DNA of 63,211 bases, counting the filler, from Octopus bimaculoides (lineage: Eukaryota): assembly GCF_001194135.2 (NCBI RefSeq). It is 5 parts of 5 records of this genome, joined end to end, with 100 filler letters (N's around TTAATTAATTAA, not from the genome) between each part and the next. Parts side by side here need not be neighbours in the genome. Positions count along the whole stretch, not along the records: positions 29,435 to 60,102 come from NC_068984.1; 4 more parts are not named here. One strand, 5' to 3'. The translations under genes were made by a program, and so were the position numbers. Shown piece by piece: positions 39,496-52,520 of the stretch. The number at the start of each line of letters is the position of its first letter. The first letter of the stretch is position 1. Below the pieces are notes generated by a model. That model was not told the DNA's origin. It made no database searches and saw only the letters and a list, made by a program, of their open reading frames with translations.

Positions 39496-40134
39496 CAGTC
39501 TGTCGTCAGTCAGTAAACCCTAAAAGAATGATTTCCTTATATGGACATCCGAGACAGCCTACATACTCGAAGTTCTATCAAGAAGGTTTAGCCTTAAATA
39601 AACTATGAATGAATGTGACACAGTTTCCAGAATAAATTAATGGTTTAAATATGGAAGAGGCAAGTGAGAAGACTTGCAGAAAGGAAAACAGGAGAAATAG
39701 GAAGTTATTACAGGCTGCAAATGACTGAATATGGAGATACAGGAGGTTTGTATGTAAACACATGTTCATATATGAGTGTATATATATATATTTATATACA
39801 TATATATANNNNNNNNNNNNNNNNNNNNNNNNNNNNNNNNNNNNNNNNNNNNNNNNNNNNNNNNNNNNNNNNNNNNNNNNNNNNNNNNNNNNNNNNNNNN
39901 NNNNNNNNATAGAAATCAAATTTTATTGGCAGAGGCTGATTCTTGCTGACGGTTCAGAATCACAATGGTGAAACCTGGTTTTGGTGGTAAAACTGCCACC
40001 TCCGCCCCCCACCCCGCATCCCCGAGGGGTAGGGCTGACGGGACCGTGATCCTTCAGTTTTATGTTTCGCTGTCTTTAGGGATGATTGGAGAAGCATTAA
40101 AATAAACATATGCATATATATGCATGTATGTATA

Positions 40135-40320
40135 GGGGCAGGCTGGTTGCGTGTTTAAGCAGCTAACTTTGCAACCACATGGTTTGGGGTTAAGTCCCAC
40201 TGTGTGGCACTTTGGACAAGGGTCTTCTACTATAGCCAAGGGCTGACCAAAGCCTTGGGAATGGACTTGGTTGACAGAAACTGAGAAGAAGCCTGTCGTG
40301 ATATCTGTATGTGTGAGTCC
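40135..40320 (+). mobile_element. SINE family A, 5' half, CpG-decayed
   Basis: gccaagggctgaccaaagcc...ttgacagaaactg. Confidence 0.8.
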
Positions 40321-40899
40321 GTGTGTCCCCTAGTCTTGATTGTTGTAAATGAATGCCACTCACTTCCAATCATCATCATCATCATCCAGTGTTTTAAATC
40401 CGGGTTTTGTCCCCATCAACAGGGGTGGCCAAATCTACCTCAATGCCATAGCAACTGAGGTTGGCAGGTGCAGCCCACCCCAACCTTTGGGCTGGCTGAT
40501 GCACCTTCTCCTTTGCTATCATGAGGCTTTTTTGGAGCTGGATTTTCTATGGGGAGCATGCCCTTGCTTACCCCCAACTTCAGTTTCTAGACATGAGTGG
40601 TTCCAAGACCAAGGCCTCTACCGTGATTTTTAAGAAATGTGGTGTAAAAACATGTCTGGCCACCAGGAAATATTCTCAAAGTTGGCAAGCAGTGAGGGTT
40701 GGTGACAGGAAGAAGGGTAACTGGTCATAGAAAGTTTACCCTCCATCTGACCCATGCAAGCATGAAAAAGGGGATGCTAAAACGATGATGCTGACTGTGC
40801 AATGTATTTTTCCATTTTGAAGATGGTCGCGGTGGGAATTTGACTGCTATTTCTGGCCACTAAGGCCAGGAGATAGTAAATCCTTGCTGTGGTGCAGCA

Positions 40900-41150
40900 C
40901 TATAAAGTAATTCTTTCATTTGCTTTGGTCATTTGACTGTGGCCATGCTGGAGCACCGCCTTTAGTCAAACAAATCCATCCCATGACAAACTTTGTAAGC
41001 CTAGTACATATTCTATTGGTCTCTTTTGTCGAACCACTAAGTTTCGGGGACAAACACATCAGCATCAGTTGTCAAGAGATGGTGGTGGTGGACAAACACA
41101 AACATACAAACACATATCACACACCCACTCCTGCGCCTGTGTATGGATAT
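40900..41150 (-). mobile_element. SINE family A, 3' half plus head fragment
   Basis: gtcatttgactgtggccatgctggagcaccgcctttagtc. Confidence 0.8.
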
Positions 41151-41817
41151 TATGACATCATACAAATGTGTCAGTGGAGTCGGAGTGGGGACTTGATGAA
41201 TGTTGTGCGGTCAGAATTAGACAGGCCCTTGAACAAGCTGTAGAGGGGGTTGATAGCAGATGTAGTCTAGAAGGGATGTGAGACCAATTATTTCGTATAA
41301 CGACAGACAAGGGAGAAGAAGTAGCACCCAGAGGATCTATTACCAGCCAGCCAGCCAAGTTCAGTGGGAAGGAATTCTTCAGATTGCAACAGAGCAGACT
41401 CTGCTACTCAAAGGCACCAAAGAGCTAAGTGGTGATGTTAAAAACCAGGCAACAACACATTAACTCTTTTGGGAGAGAGAAACGACAAAGAATGGAGCAA
41501 CATTACAAAAGTAGTCGTAGGAAAGGGGCAGCGATAAGAATTAAATAAAAGAGATACTTCTGTAAATCTATTGAACCTAAAAGGGGATGGGGAAATATAC
41601 AATAATGAGCTATCTATCTATCTATCCATACATACATGCACGCACGCACGCATACAAACAGGCATTCTCAGTTAGAATGGATTCTCCACAAGCCATGCAA
41701 ACATTTGTGCATATAGATATTCATGCATTGCATTCACATACATTTGTACAAAGCGATGATTTGGCAGAGTCGTAAACAGCATTGGACACAATGCTGCATT
41801 TTTTTTTTTTTTTCTCA

Positions 41818-41949
41818 CGATCCCTTTTGATTGGAATTTTATTTTTCTCCTTTCTTTTTTTTCTATTTTCGAAAAGAAAAGCTCTACATTGTATTTTGTC
41901 CCCTCAGTGTCCGGCCCTGTGTGGCTAAGAAATCTATATCTATCTATCT
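41818..41949 (+). mobile_element. Tx1-family 3' UTR fragment ending in (TATC)n
   Basis: cgatcccttttgat...ctacattgtat...ctgtgtggctaagaaat matches the minus strand of 8378-8460. Confidence 0.65.
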
Positions 41950-41964
41950 GGATAGATGTGTGTG

Positions 41965-42220
41965 TGAAGGCATGTGGTTAAGTGGTTAGGATTTTATGCT
42001 CACGATCTTGAGGTTGTGGGTTTGATTTCCAGATCAAGAGGTGTGTCGTGTTCTTGAGCAAAACACTTCATTTCACACTAGCCCAGTCCACTCAACTGAC
42101 CAGCCTCCTAATCTGAGGAAATGTTGGTCTGCTTGCCTAACCAGTGGGGCTGCATCACTTTGAAGGCTAAAACGATGCAAAGCGCATTGTGACCAGTGAT
42201 GTATAACATCTGAAAGTCTG
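41965..42220 (+). mobile_element. SINE family D
   Basis: gaaggcatgtggttaagtggttagg...ttcttgagcaaaacacttcatttcac. Confidence 0.75.
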
Positions 42221-42282
42221 CTTCATACCATAATTATATACATATATACACACACACACATATATATATATGTGTATGTATC

Positions 42283-42317
<35 letters not shown>

Positions 42318-43361
42318 CTAGTGTAAACCATTTGTCAAGCGCTGCTTCATGGAGCTTGGTCTGTCTCAGACTTGACAGGTGACACATTCAGTGAGTGGAA
42401 TCAATCTATGGGCTGTTGTGTCGCAATGCCTCATTGGTTAATCCAGTTTTAAAATATCTGCTCGAGCAGAGACAGCAACAGACTCGAAACGTATATTGAG
42501 GGATGGCTTTACAGATTTCTCCTGAATCATCTCTGGAACAAATATGTGGGGGAAGCAAGCAAACAAAAAAGTACAAAACTGTGTGTGTGTGTGTACAATC
42601 ATCACCATCATCATCGTCGTTTAATGTCCGCTTTCCATTGGTGGGTATGTTTATACATACTTACACAAACACGCACATATAGATATATGCATGTGTGTGT
42701 GTGTTCCCTATGTGCATATATGTGTATATGTCTGTGTATGGTTATTTTGTTTTATTTTAAAAATATTTTAAGATAACTTTTAATGAGAAAGCAAACCACC
42801 CAAGTCAATTAGTCAGTTTAATAAAGCCCCACCCAGGGGCTGCCCAATCTTTGGTTAAATATAGCAAAGGTAAGAGGAGAGACAAGAGAGAGAGAGAAAG
42901 ATGAAGTATGGCCTGTGTGTGGAGGGGGTGTCCTTTTTTGTGCTGGTGGCGGTGGAGTTAGTGACACAGATTGCAAAGTTAGAGGTGAGCGGTGGTGGTG
43001 GTGGTGAGTGGGNNNNNNNNNNNNNNNNNNNNNNNNNNNNNNNNNNNNNNNNNNNNNNNNNNNNNNNNNNNNNNNNNNNNNNNNNNNNNNNNNNNNNNNN
43101 NNNNNNNNNNNNNNNNNNNNNNNNNNNNNNNNNNNNNNNNNNNNNNNNNNNNNNNNNNNNNNNNNNNNNNNNNNNNNNNNNNTTAATTACCAAGATTTCA
43201 GATAGCTTTTGTAAAAAAATAAAACAACAATAAAATGATGATGATGATGAAGACGGAGAGTATGCCATGGTGGTGGTGTTTTGCAAAATCAAGAGATTAA
43301 GAAGATTATCAAATGTGAAAAAATGAAAAGGGCGGTAGAGGCGGTGATGATGGCAGAGTTG

Positions 43362-43398
<37 letters not shown>

Positions 43399-43752
43399 GC
43401 TGAGTGTTAAGTGAGTCATAGAATGTTGTCAAGTGGCTGCTTCATCATTTAACTGACACTAAACACACCGACAGAGCTTAATGCAGTGGTGGTGGTGGTA
43501 GTGGTGGTGCCAGTGTAACAGTGGTCACATACAGTTGCAGCGTGGGTGGCAGTAGCAGTGGTTCTGTATGCCAGTGGTCTTCTTGTAGATTGTGAGAGTC
43601 AGGGTGTGTTTACATGCCAGTAGCACAGGTGCCATTTGCATGCCACTGGTATGGGGTGCCAATATGCACGACACTGGAATCTGTCATGGCTGTGATTTTG
43701 TTTGGCTTGATGCATCTTCTCACAATATTTTTAATAAAGACAACAACAATAC

Positions 43753-43831
43753 TTATTAATTGCAGTAATAACAGGTGAATATAAACTAAGGTGTTGCATG
43801 TCTTGTGGTGCCAGAACTACAGGTGTGATCT
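43753..43831 (-). CDS. Candidate 79-nt exon (ITPVVLAPQDMQHLSLYSPVITAIN), unassigned
   Basis: Strong acceptor ttttttctgcttttctgtag|, donor AA|gtattg, only one open frame. Confidence 0.35.
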
Positions 43832-44409
43832 CTACAGAAAAGCAGAAAAAATAACGAGAAAAACAAAAAATACAGAATCTAAAGAGACATTCATTCCACA
43901 TTCCTGTCAAGGAATTTTCAGTAGAAGAAAAAAAAAAGAAAAAAAATCAGACAAGTTCAAAAGTGTGAGACAATGTTAATGAGTCTGAGATGGTCATTAA
44001 AATAATTTTAATTAACACTGAACTCATTTGTTTCATGTCAGTAACTGAATAAAGAGAGTAAATTGAAACATCGTTAAGTAATTAGTCAATAAGTAAATGA
44101 TAAAGGCCAGCAAAACAGGAATACTACTGGGTGACGTTAAACCACAGAAATGTTGTTTAACCCCAGGTCTAATCCGACTTAACTGACCTAGGGTCAAGGA
44201 CACTCCACCCAGGTTTATCTTATCTTCTGGCACAGACTATGTTAGTTTGAGAAAGACATCTTGCTTTGTTTAACCCTAGCCCTACAAAGTCCCTTTTGCA
44301 CCGTATTGAGTGTGGGGATTCACTGATGACGCCCTAAGTTGTTCTAAAGAAAAGAAGGAAAAGAGGAAAAAGAAAAGTGTCTGGATTAATGGGTTGCACA
44401 TGTTGAATC

Positions 44410-44802
44410 ACCACAGCTTGACAACCAGTGTTGGTTTGTTTATGTCCCAGTAACTTAGTAGTTCAGCAAAAGAGAGCAAGTACCAGAAGTAAGTACTGGA
44501 GGTGTTTTATTCAAAACTTCAAAGCAGTGCTCCAGCATGGCCATTGCAAGACTGAAACAAGTCAAATAAAAAGAAAAGTAAATTAAGGAGATTCTTTTGT
44601 TTGTTTCAGTCATTTGACTGTGGCCATGCTGGAGCACCGCCTTTAGTTGAACAAATTGACCCCAGGATACTTATTCATTGTAAGCCTAGTACTTATTCTA
44701 CCAGTCTCTTTTTGTCAAACTGCTAAGTTACGGGGATGTAAACACACCAGCATCGGTTGTCAAGCGAGTTTGGGGGTGGGACACAGACACACAAACATAT
44801 AC

Positions 44803-44846
<44 letters not shown>

Positions 44847-45003
44847 CAGGCTTCTTTCAGTTTCCATCTACCAAATCCACTCAGAAGGCTTTGTTCATCT
44901 CGAGGTTATAGTAGAAGACACTTGCCCAAAGTGCCACGCAGTGGGACTGAACCCAGAACCATGTGGCAGGTAAGCAAACTACTTACCACACAGCCACTCC
45001 TGT
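44410..45003. mobile_element. Tail-to-tail SINE family A pair (+ 44410-44575; - 44590-45003)
   Basis: Both tails visible; the minus copy is full length. Confidence 0.85.
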
Positions 45004-45152
45004 GAGATGCATAGAATCCCTTTTGATACCTCCCACCCACCCAGCTTTATAAGACAAAAACTCTCAATTCAAAATGCTCATAAATTGAAACCATCCATCA
45101 AAATTTTATGTAAGAACCTTTTGTTGAGTTATGTTGTAAATATCAGCTTAAT

Positions 45153-45190
<38 letters not shown>

Positions 45191-46052
45191 NNNNNNNNNN
45201 NNNNNNNNNNNNNNNNNNNNNNNNNNNNNNNNNNNNNNNNNNNNNNNNNNNNNNNNNNNNNNNNNNNNNNNNNNNNNNNNNNNNNNNNNNNNNNNNNNNN
45301 NNNNNNNNNNNNNNNNNNNNNNNNNNNNNNNNNNNNNNNNNNNNNNNNNNNNNNNNNNNNNNNNNNNNNNNNNNNNNNNNNNNNNNNNNNNNNNNNNNNN
45401 NNNNNNNNNNNNNNNNNNNNNNNNNNNNNNNNNNNNNNNNNNNNNNNNNNNNNNNNNNNNNNNNNNNNNNNNNNNNNNNNNNNNNNNNNNNNNNNNNNNN
45501 NNNNNNNNNNNNNNNNNNNNNNNNNNNNNNNNNNNNNNNNNNNNNNNNNNNNNNNNNNNNNNNNNNNNNNNNNNNNNNNNNNNNNNNNNNNNNNNNNNNN
45601 NNNNNNNGGGGTGGGTGGGCTGCAAATAACAACATCAACAGAAATACTTGAAAACAACAAAACTATTTGCTGTTGTTGCAGGTTCCCCCCACCTACCACC
45701 CCTACTGCCTTCATTGCCACACTCCTCTCCTTAACTGGGGTACACAGGGTGGGTGGTCTAAATTATCTCCCTACCTAATCACCACCTGTAGACACTTAGG
45801 TAATTAGCAGCGACACAACAAAGGGGTGTCTGACAGAGTGGCACAACAGGGTACATGGGAGGGGGGACACACTGACACACACACAACTGAAGGACAGAAA
45901 TATTTTGCCAAGTACTGTAATAATAGAGGAGAGTAAGTTATTAGGGGTGGTTTTTATGTAAGTGATTTAGGGGTGGAGATTAGGGCTGGGGTGGTGGTTG
46001 GACATGGGTGTGGGGGAAGAAGAGAGAAACTATTAGCATGTAGTAGAAATAT

Positions 46053-46107
<55 letters not shown>

Positions 46108-46195
46108 NNNNNNNNNNACGATGGGTAGGAGAGGGAGGGAGAGAGGGGGTGATGAATATAAGTAAAAGAGGAAGAGGGGATATCAGAGAGGAAAA

Positions 46196-46235
<40 letters not shown>

Positions 46236-46808
46236 AAGAGAGAGAGAGAAAGTAGAAACAGTGGACAGGGGGTGGTGGTGGTGGTGAGAGGGTCAGAAAC
46301 AGAACTAAGTTTGGGATGAGACTGCAAGAAGGGGGTGAAAAGGTAATTTGTTTTTTGTTTGCTTGTTGGGGATAGGGGGATAGGGGACACAAGTGTCAGC
46401 TGGGGTCAGTGTTGAAATGTAGGGCACACTAAACCGACAAGGAGACCACAACAAGTAAAAAGGATCCAGTTACAGATGAGAGAAACAAAACAAACAAAAC
46501 CAAAAAGCTTGCCTAGTTGGTCCTCTCCAATAATGGCCAACAAGCAACAGCAGCAGTAATAGCAATCCCTCCACCAAGTAAACACTGGAAAGTAAACAAA
46601 CAAAGGCAAAACAAAAAAAAAAGAAAAAGTAATGTCAGTTTCCTCCTTTTTTGTGTAAATGTCGCTATTTAACACAGTTTTTCAATGTTTGGAGAAAGTA
46701 AAGTGATATTTGAAGAATGTGTAAATAGTTGGTAAAAGACTGCATTAGGAGAACCTCAGCACAATTGTCTTCTAGCTACCCCTCTACACAAAGACATTTT
46801 ATGTTCAG

Positions 46809-46855
<47 letters not shown>

Positions 46856-46864
46856 GCAGGCATT

Positions 46865-47360
46865 GCTGTCATCATCATCATTGTCGTCTAATGTCAGCTT
46901 TCCATCTACACATGTTGTCATGGGTTGGACGGTTTGACTGAGGACTGGTGAACCAAAAGGCTGTACCAGGCTCCAATCCGATCTGGCAGAGTTTCTACAG
47001 CTGGATGCCCTTCCTAACACCAACCACTCCGAGAGTGTAGTGGGTGCCTTTTATGTGCCACCGGCAACAATCAGGCTCAAATAGTGCTTTTAACATGCCA
47101 CCGGCACGGGACCAGTCAGGGAGCACTGGCATTGACCACACTCAAATGGTGTTTTTTATGTGCCACTGGCACAGGTGCCAATCAGGAAGTACTATCATTG
47201 GCCACAACAAAGATTTCACTTGTCTCAACAGGTCTTTTCAAGCACACTTTATTGCCCAATGATTGAAGGGTACTCTTAAATGGGCTGGTTATGCTGCACT
47301 GGCATAGGCCACAGTTACAATCTCACTTGACTTGCCAGGTCTTGCTTGCCAACCTCATGG
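46865..47360 (-). mobile_element. Long RTE 3' UTR/tail copy with internal sub-repeats
   Basis: gagtttctacagctggatgcccttcctaacaccaaccactccgagagtgtagtggg... Confidence 0.85.
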
Positions 47361-47764
47361 CTCCAAGTACAGATCCACTGCGTGGTACCGTAGGCAAGTT
47401 TCCTATACTATAGTCCAAGACCAAGTAATGTCTTGTGAGTAACTTTGGAAGTTTGTTTTGTCTTTTGTGATGTCCTATACCCATATATGCATGTATGTAT
47501 ACATATAGATATAGGTATGTACATATATGTATGGATATATGCATATATATATATATATATTATATATGTATATATAGATAGCTAGATAGATAAGGGTGGT
47601 TTGCTTGCATTTTTACAACTGGAAGGCAGAAATAAGTGACCAGAAGTGATTGAGGGCAGTGACTATCAGTCATTAAGATAAGGTGCTTCTTGTGGTTAGG
47701 AGTTGCCTTAACTCTTATGTCTAGCAATACTGGTGCTGACTAGTGCTCTCTGTCACTTTAGTGA

Positions 47765-47809
<45 letters not shown>

Positions 47810-47811
<2 letters not shown>

Positions 47812-48000
47812 CAAAAGCAAGCACATAAATGTGAAACAAGGTGGGAAAAATAGTACTCGAATACCAGAGGTAGAGTAATATGCTTTATTAATAAAACGGC
47901 AAAAATATCACAAAAACTGTTACTCCGAGTTTTCTGTTCATTGGACAGTAACATGAATCTCTGAGTAACACTTTTTGTGATATTTTTGCTGCTTTTTAAC
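47810..48000. mobile_element. Hammerhead-bearing repeat (same family as 4861) with inverted duplication
   Basis: Arms 47901-47925 and 47963-47987 are 24/25 complementary; minus-strand core CCAATGA. Confidence 0.55.
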
Positions 48001-48012
48001 AAAGCATTATAC

Positions 48013-48101
48013 ATATATTTCATTTTCTCCACAATCGAGTCTAGTTCTACAGGTATCCTAGTGTTGCTACTGGTTGGTATCCAAGCCTCTGCAAGTGGAC
48101 A
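48013..48101 (-). CDS. Candidate 89-nt exon (CPLAEAWIPTSSNTRIPVELDSIVEKMKY), unassigned
   Basis: Acceptor tcaatattgaccag|, donor AT|gtataa; an opposite-strand reading also exists. Confidence 0.25.
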
Positions 48102-48949
48102 CTGGTCAATATTGAAATATATAACAGTTTTCTCGCAGACACCAATTGACAATACAAAGTAACTGTGATTAGCTTTAGCTGTCCTTTAAATAAATCCATG
48201 GCAAATCAAACATGACTTGGACAGAGAAGGTGATACTTTTGTATGTGTGAGTGTGTTTCAGAATTACATGTCTCCCCTGTTCGTGTGTGTGTGTGTGGGT
48301 GGGGTGGGGGGCATGCACGTGCATGTCCTTCAGAATTACTTGTCTCATGTGTGTGAGTATGTGCTTTTCAGAAATGTGTCGCATGTGTGTATGCACTTCA
48401 TGTGTAGAATAAAAAAAATCTTTTACTTAGGAAAAAGTTATGGTTAGTGACAGAAAGGGCATCCGGCCATAAAACATTACCTCAATATTATATATATATA
48501 TATGTCATAGAATTGACCAGACATTGTGACACACCACTGGCTTCAATGTGCTTCACATTGTTTTAGCTTTTTGAATTACGCCACCCCTCTTGCTAGGCGA
48601 AGCAAGCCAACATTGCCCCTGATCGGAAGGTTAGTCGGTCGCAGGGTTATCTATTTACAGCTGAGTGGACAGGAGCAATGTAAAATGAAGGAATTTTGCT
48701 CAAGAACAAATGCTGCTTACTTCAAGAATTGAACCCACAACTGCTGGATTGTGAGGGTAATGTGCTAACCGTAGCCATGCACCTTCCTCCAAGCACACAC
48801 ACATATATGTATGTGTCTAATCCATGCTGGAAGGAATGCAAAAGAAATGAAAATGTGCGTATACATGTCTAAATATGTTCCATCATGAAGAAATGTCTGA
48901 TTAGGATAGATTCCGACTTGCTAGAAAGTGACCCTACATGCTTCTTTCT

Positions 48950-49140
48950 TCATTGCTCACAAGGGGCTAAGCATAGAGGAGACAAACACGGACAGATAAA
49001 GGGATTAAGTCAATTACATCGACCCAGTGTGTAACTGGTACTTAATTTATCTACCCTGAAAGGATGAAAGGCAAAATTGACCTCGGCAAACAAAATACCA
49101 CTAAGCATTTCACCTGGCGTTGATTCTGCCAGCTCGCCAC
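48950..49140 (-). mobile_element. SINE family B, partial
   Basis: ctggtacttaatttatctaccctgaaaggatgaaaggcaaaattgacctcggc. Confidence 0.8.
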
Positions 49141-49149
49141 CCTACATAC

Positions 49150-49306
49150 TGTGCTCTCAAAGACAACCTCTGCAGCATATTCGAAAATGCGATGCATATG
49201 ATCAGTCAATGGAACTGCAATGGACTGCCATCAAGCGAGGCTTTTATTGCATGAGCTGTGGCCTTCATGAGCCAGTTCGTCTGTTGAGATTGCAGATAGG
49301 TCTTCA
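49150..49306 (-). other. Candidate 157-nt exon with one in-frame TGA (EDLSAISTDELAHEGHSSCNKSLA*WQSIAVPLTDHMHRIFEYAAEVVFEST)
   Basis: Acceptor ttattgttcattttag|, donor CA|gtatgt; TGA at 49233-49231; competing readings exist. Confidence 0.2.
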
Positions 49307-49494
49307 CTAAAATGAACAATAAGTGTTAAAGGCCTGAAATACTTTCGACTTTTGGATGACAACTGATGAGGAAGGGGCATGCTCACATCTCTTGCGTGTT
49401 CATGTCTTCCGTTTGCTCCTCTGTCCTTCTTTGCTATTTTTAATCTTACACACAGAGAAGGTTTTAGATTATTCAATGTCTCCTCTCTCTTTAA

Positions 49495-49687
49495 CCCTTT
49501 AGTATTTAAACTGGCCACGCCCAGCTCAAATATTCTACCTGTTGTTTATGGTCTAGCCTGCTGGATCTGGCACCTCACACTTTCCCTACAATGTCATTTT
49601 AAAAATAAACAATCACATCATCTAAATCTCAAAACTATGTGAATAAATAAGCATCATATAGGACAGAGGAACCTGAAAGCTAAAGGG
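49495..49687. mobile_element. piggyBac-like MITE
   Basis: TTAA|ccctttag ... ctaaaggg|ttta; same termini as 52633-53249. Confidence 0.5.
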
Positions 49688-50159
49688 TTTAGGGCAGTAG
49701 GGTAATGCTCCGAAGGAGAATTGACTGCTATTTCTGGCAGTCCAGGTGCAAGTGTAAGTGAGGTGTGTGAGTGTCAGGTGTTGGCTTTGAGTGAGTGAAC
49801 ATCATGCAGAAGGACAGTGAGAACCAGAAACACCACTGCCACCACCACCGCCACCACCACTGCCCCCACCACCGCCACCACCACTGACACTTTAGTTGAA
49901 TGGCATGGGCGGTAGTTACTGGAGGGTGATGGAATGGGTGGATGTGCAAAGTTGTCAAAGCCAGAGGTAAATTTATAGACAGGATGTCTGCCAAGAGGGG
50001 TGGGGATGGAACAAGAACAAGACAGTGTTCACACAAACATTCACACACACACACAAACACACACATTAAAGTTGACAGTGGTATAAAGTGTATTTAGAAG
50101 GATATAATGTGATAAATTTGAAAGGTGAGCAATGGTGAATGATAAATGCATAGGCAGGT

Positions 50160-50215
<56 letters not shown>

Positions 50216-50323
50216 NNNNNNNNNNGGCATGAGAAGAAAAGATTGTTAAAGGGCGTGTGGAGAGGGTGAGAGTCTCCCCATGGACTCTGCTCTACTTTAG
50301 GCTGCATCAAAATAGCAATAGCT

Positions 50324-50362
<39 letters not shown>

Positions 50363-50869
50363 ATAATGATAATAATAATAACAATGTTATCAGGTGACAG
50401 GTTTTCCAGGTACAAAAGCTGCTTTGTTGTCAGCAATTAGAATAAGAAAACAAAAACTGAATCAAATAGAACCATAGGTAGTATTTGTTGATATGTGTGT
50501 GTAAAACACACAACATTTAGGTTTTCCATTCTGTTAAGTTAGTCCGGGGGGGGGGAAGCTTTGGTTAGGTATGTGAGTGCAGTGCTTAAAGGATAATGTC
50601 TGGCTGTCCTAAATTTAGAATAATAAATATTCCTATCAGATACAAATTGTTTTTAAGGGTTTGTTTCCTTTCTCCACCACACCACCACCACCATGGTGGT
50701 GGTGGTGGGGTGGCTACTTCATAGTGTTGCAACACTATGAAAAAGAAGGCTTTTGTGTAGTGATCTGATCTGCAAGAAATAGCAGCCAAAAAGCCTCCCT
50801 TGAATTGCACCAGGCCATCTTGAAAAGTGAAAGAAACATTAAATTGGGATAATATAGTCACAGATAGGT

Positions 50870-51420
50870 GCAGGCATGGCCGTAACCGCATGGTTCTGGG
50901 TTCACTCCTACAGAGTGGCAACTTGGACAAGAGTCCTCAACTATAGCTTAGGATTGGCCAAAACCCTGTGAGTGGATCTGGTAGACGGAAACTGAAAGGT
51001 AGCAAGTTGGCAGAAACGTTAGTACACCGGGCGGTATTTTGTCTGCCATTACGTTCTGAGTTCAAATTCCGCTGAAGTCGACTGCCTTTCATCGGGGTCG
51101 ATAAATTAAGTACCAGTTATGCTCTGGGATCGATTTAATCGACTTAATCCCTTTGTCTGTCTTTGTTTGTCCCCTCTATGTTTAGCCCCTTGTGGGCAAT
51201 AAAGAAATAGGAAACTGAAATAAGCCCATCGTGTGTGTGTGTGTGTATATAGGCATGATTGTGTGGTAAAGAGTCTGCTTTCCAACCACATAGTTTTAGG
51301 TTCGGTCCCAATGTGTGGTGCCTTGGGCAAATGTATTCTACTATAGCCTTGGTCCAACCAAAGCTCTGTGAGTGGATTTGGTAGACAGAAACTTTGTGTG
51401 TGTGTGTGCAGGACGGGGGT
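50870..51420. mobile_element. Nested SINE A / SINE B cluster
   Basis: A head (+) 50870-50995, B (+) 51000-51210, further A pieces to 51420. Confidence 0.8.
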
Positions 51421-51645
51421 TACTGTCTTCTTGTCCTGACACCACAGGATGTTGTAAATGAAAGTCATTGTTATGCAATTGGTGTCCATTCTTAATCTTC
51501 CATGAAGAACATGTCTGGTTAAGGAAAAATATTACCTCACTTGGAAACAGGTAAGGGCTGGAGGAGAGGAAATTCTGTGTGGCTTATGTAAGTATGGGAA
51601 AGTGGACATTAAAACGATGATGATGATGAAGAAGATATGCAATAC

Positions 51646-51742
51646 CTGGGAGAAGATTGGGATGGTCGTGTGTGGAAAGCTTTTGTTTCACAGCAACCTC
51701 CTACTCTAGGCTTGACAAAAGTGAAAAAGAGAATAGGTGTTG
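51646..51742 (-). CDS. Candidate 97-nt exon (TPILFFTFVKPRVGGCCETKAFHTRPSQSSP), acceptor ambiguous
   Basis: Strong donor CAG|gtattg; several possible AG acceptors. Confidence 0.2.
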
Positions 51743-52520
51743 CTACTAATAACAAAAGCAAGCAAAAATGATGGATGCTTGTTGAACAAGAAAAATAGCT
51801 ATCAGAAGATTTAGCTCTGCATGCTAGAAATAACAGCCAATATCTTCTCTTCAAGCCATATGCCTCTAACGTTTATGTGTTTGTTTGAGGCAGGAAATTC
51901 AACAGTATTTCATGTATTACATTTTAAAGTGGACCCTGCCCTTTTCAGTGGTATCTACATAACACCATCCAGTTTAACGCCAGGCCCTACCCCCACGACC
52001 TGCACACAATATTCCACAACAATATCATTAAGTTTTATTATCCCACATTTACTGGGCCTCTCTGATTTGGATGTGTTGATAATAATACAGTAGTTTTTTT
52101 TTGTTGTTTTGTCTTTCTGTGAAATAGCCCTGCACCAAGGGCAGATAACTCATTGCAACTGGCAAAGTTTCTCTTGCTCAAGCAGCAAAATGGCAGAGTT
52201 GTTAGAGCACTGGATAAAATGCCTTTTGGGATTTGTTCTGACTCTGCTCTAAGTTCAAATTCCACCAAAATCAACTTTGACTTCAAACTTTTTGAGGATA
52301 AAAATAAAAGAAAAGCAATCTAAAGCAGTGTCTTGGCAAAACTGTGAGAACATTAAGCCAGATGCCTTGTGGTATTTATTTGTACCAGTGATTTGTGTTC
52401 CAAGTTCAAATCCCACCATGGTGGACTTAATTCATTGCCTGGCACTTTGAGTGCCTTTAGTGGAGACTACTGTGTTGCAAGTATTCAGGCAAGGTCTACG
52501 CTTTCCTTCCTACCACTCAC

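Noticed and set aside
41160-41470. Possible CR1/L2-like RT C-terminal relic on the minus strand (PLYSLFKGLSNSD)
   Set aside because: Similarity too weak to support
44300-44343. Very strong minus-strand acceptor (ttttccttcttttctttag)
   Set aside because: All three frames stop within ~60 nt and no good donor; likely a purine-rich simple tract
48053-48158. Plus-strand exon-like reading with a signal-peptide look (ILVLLLVGIQASASG...)
   Set aside because: Overlaps the minus-strand candidate and has no supporting partner exons; cannot be resolved from sequence alone
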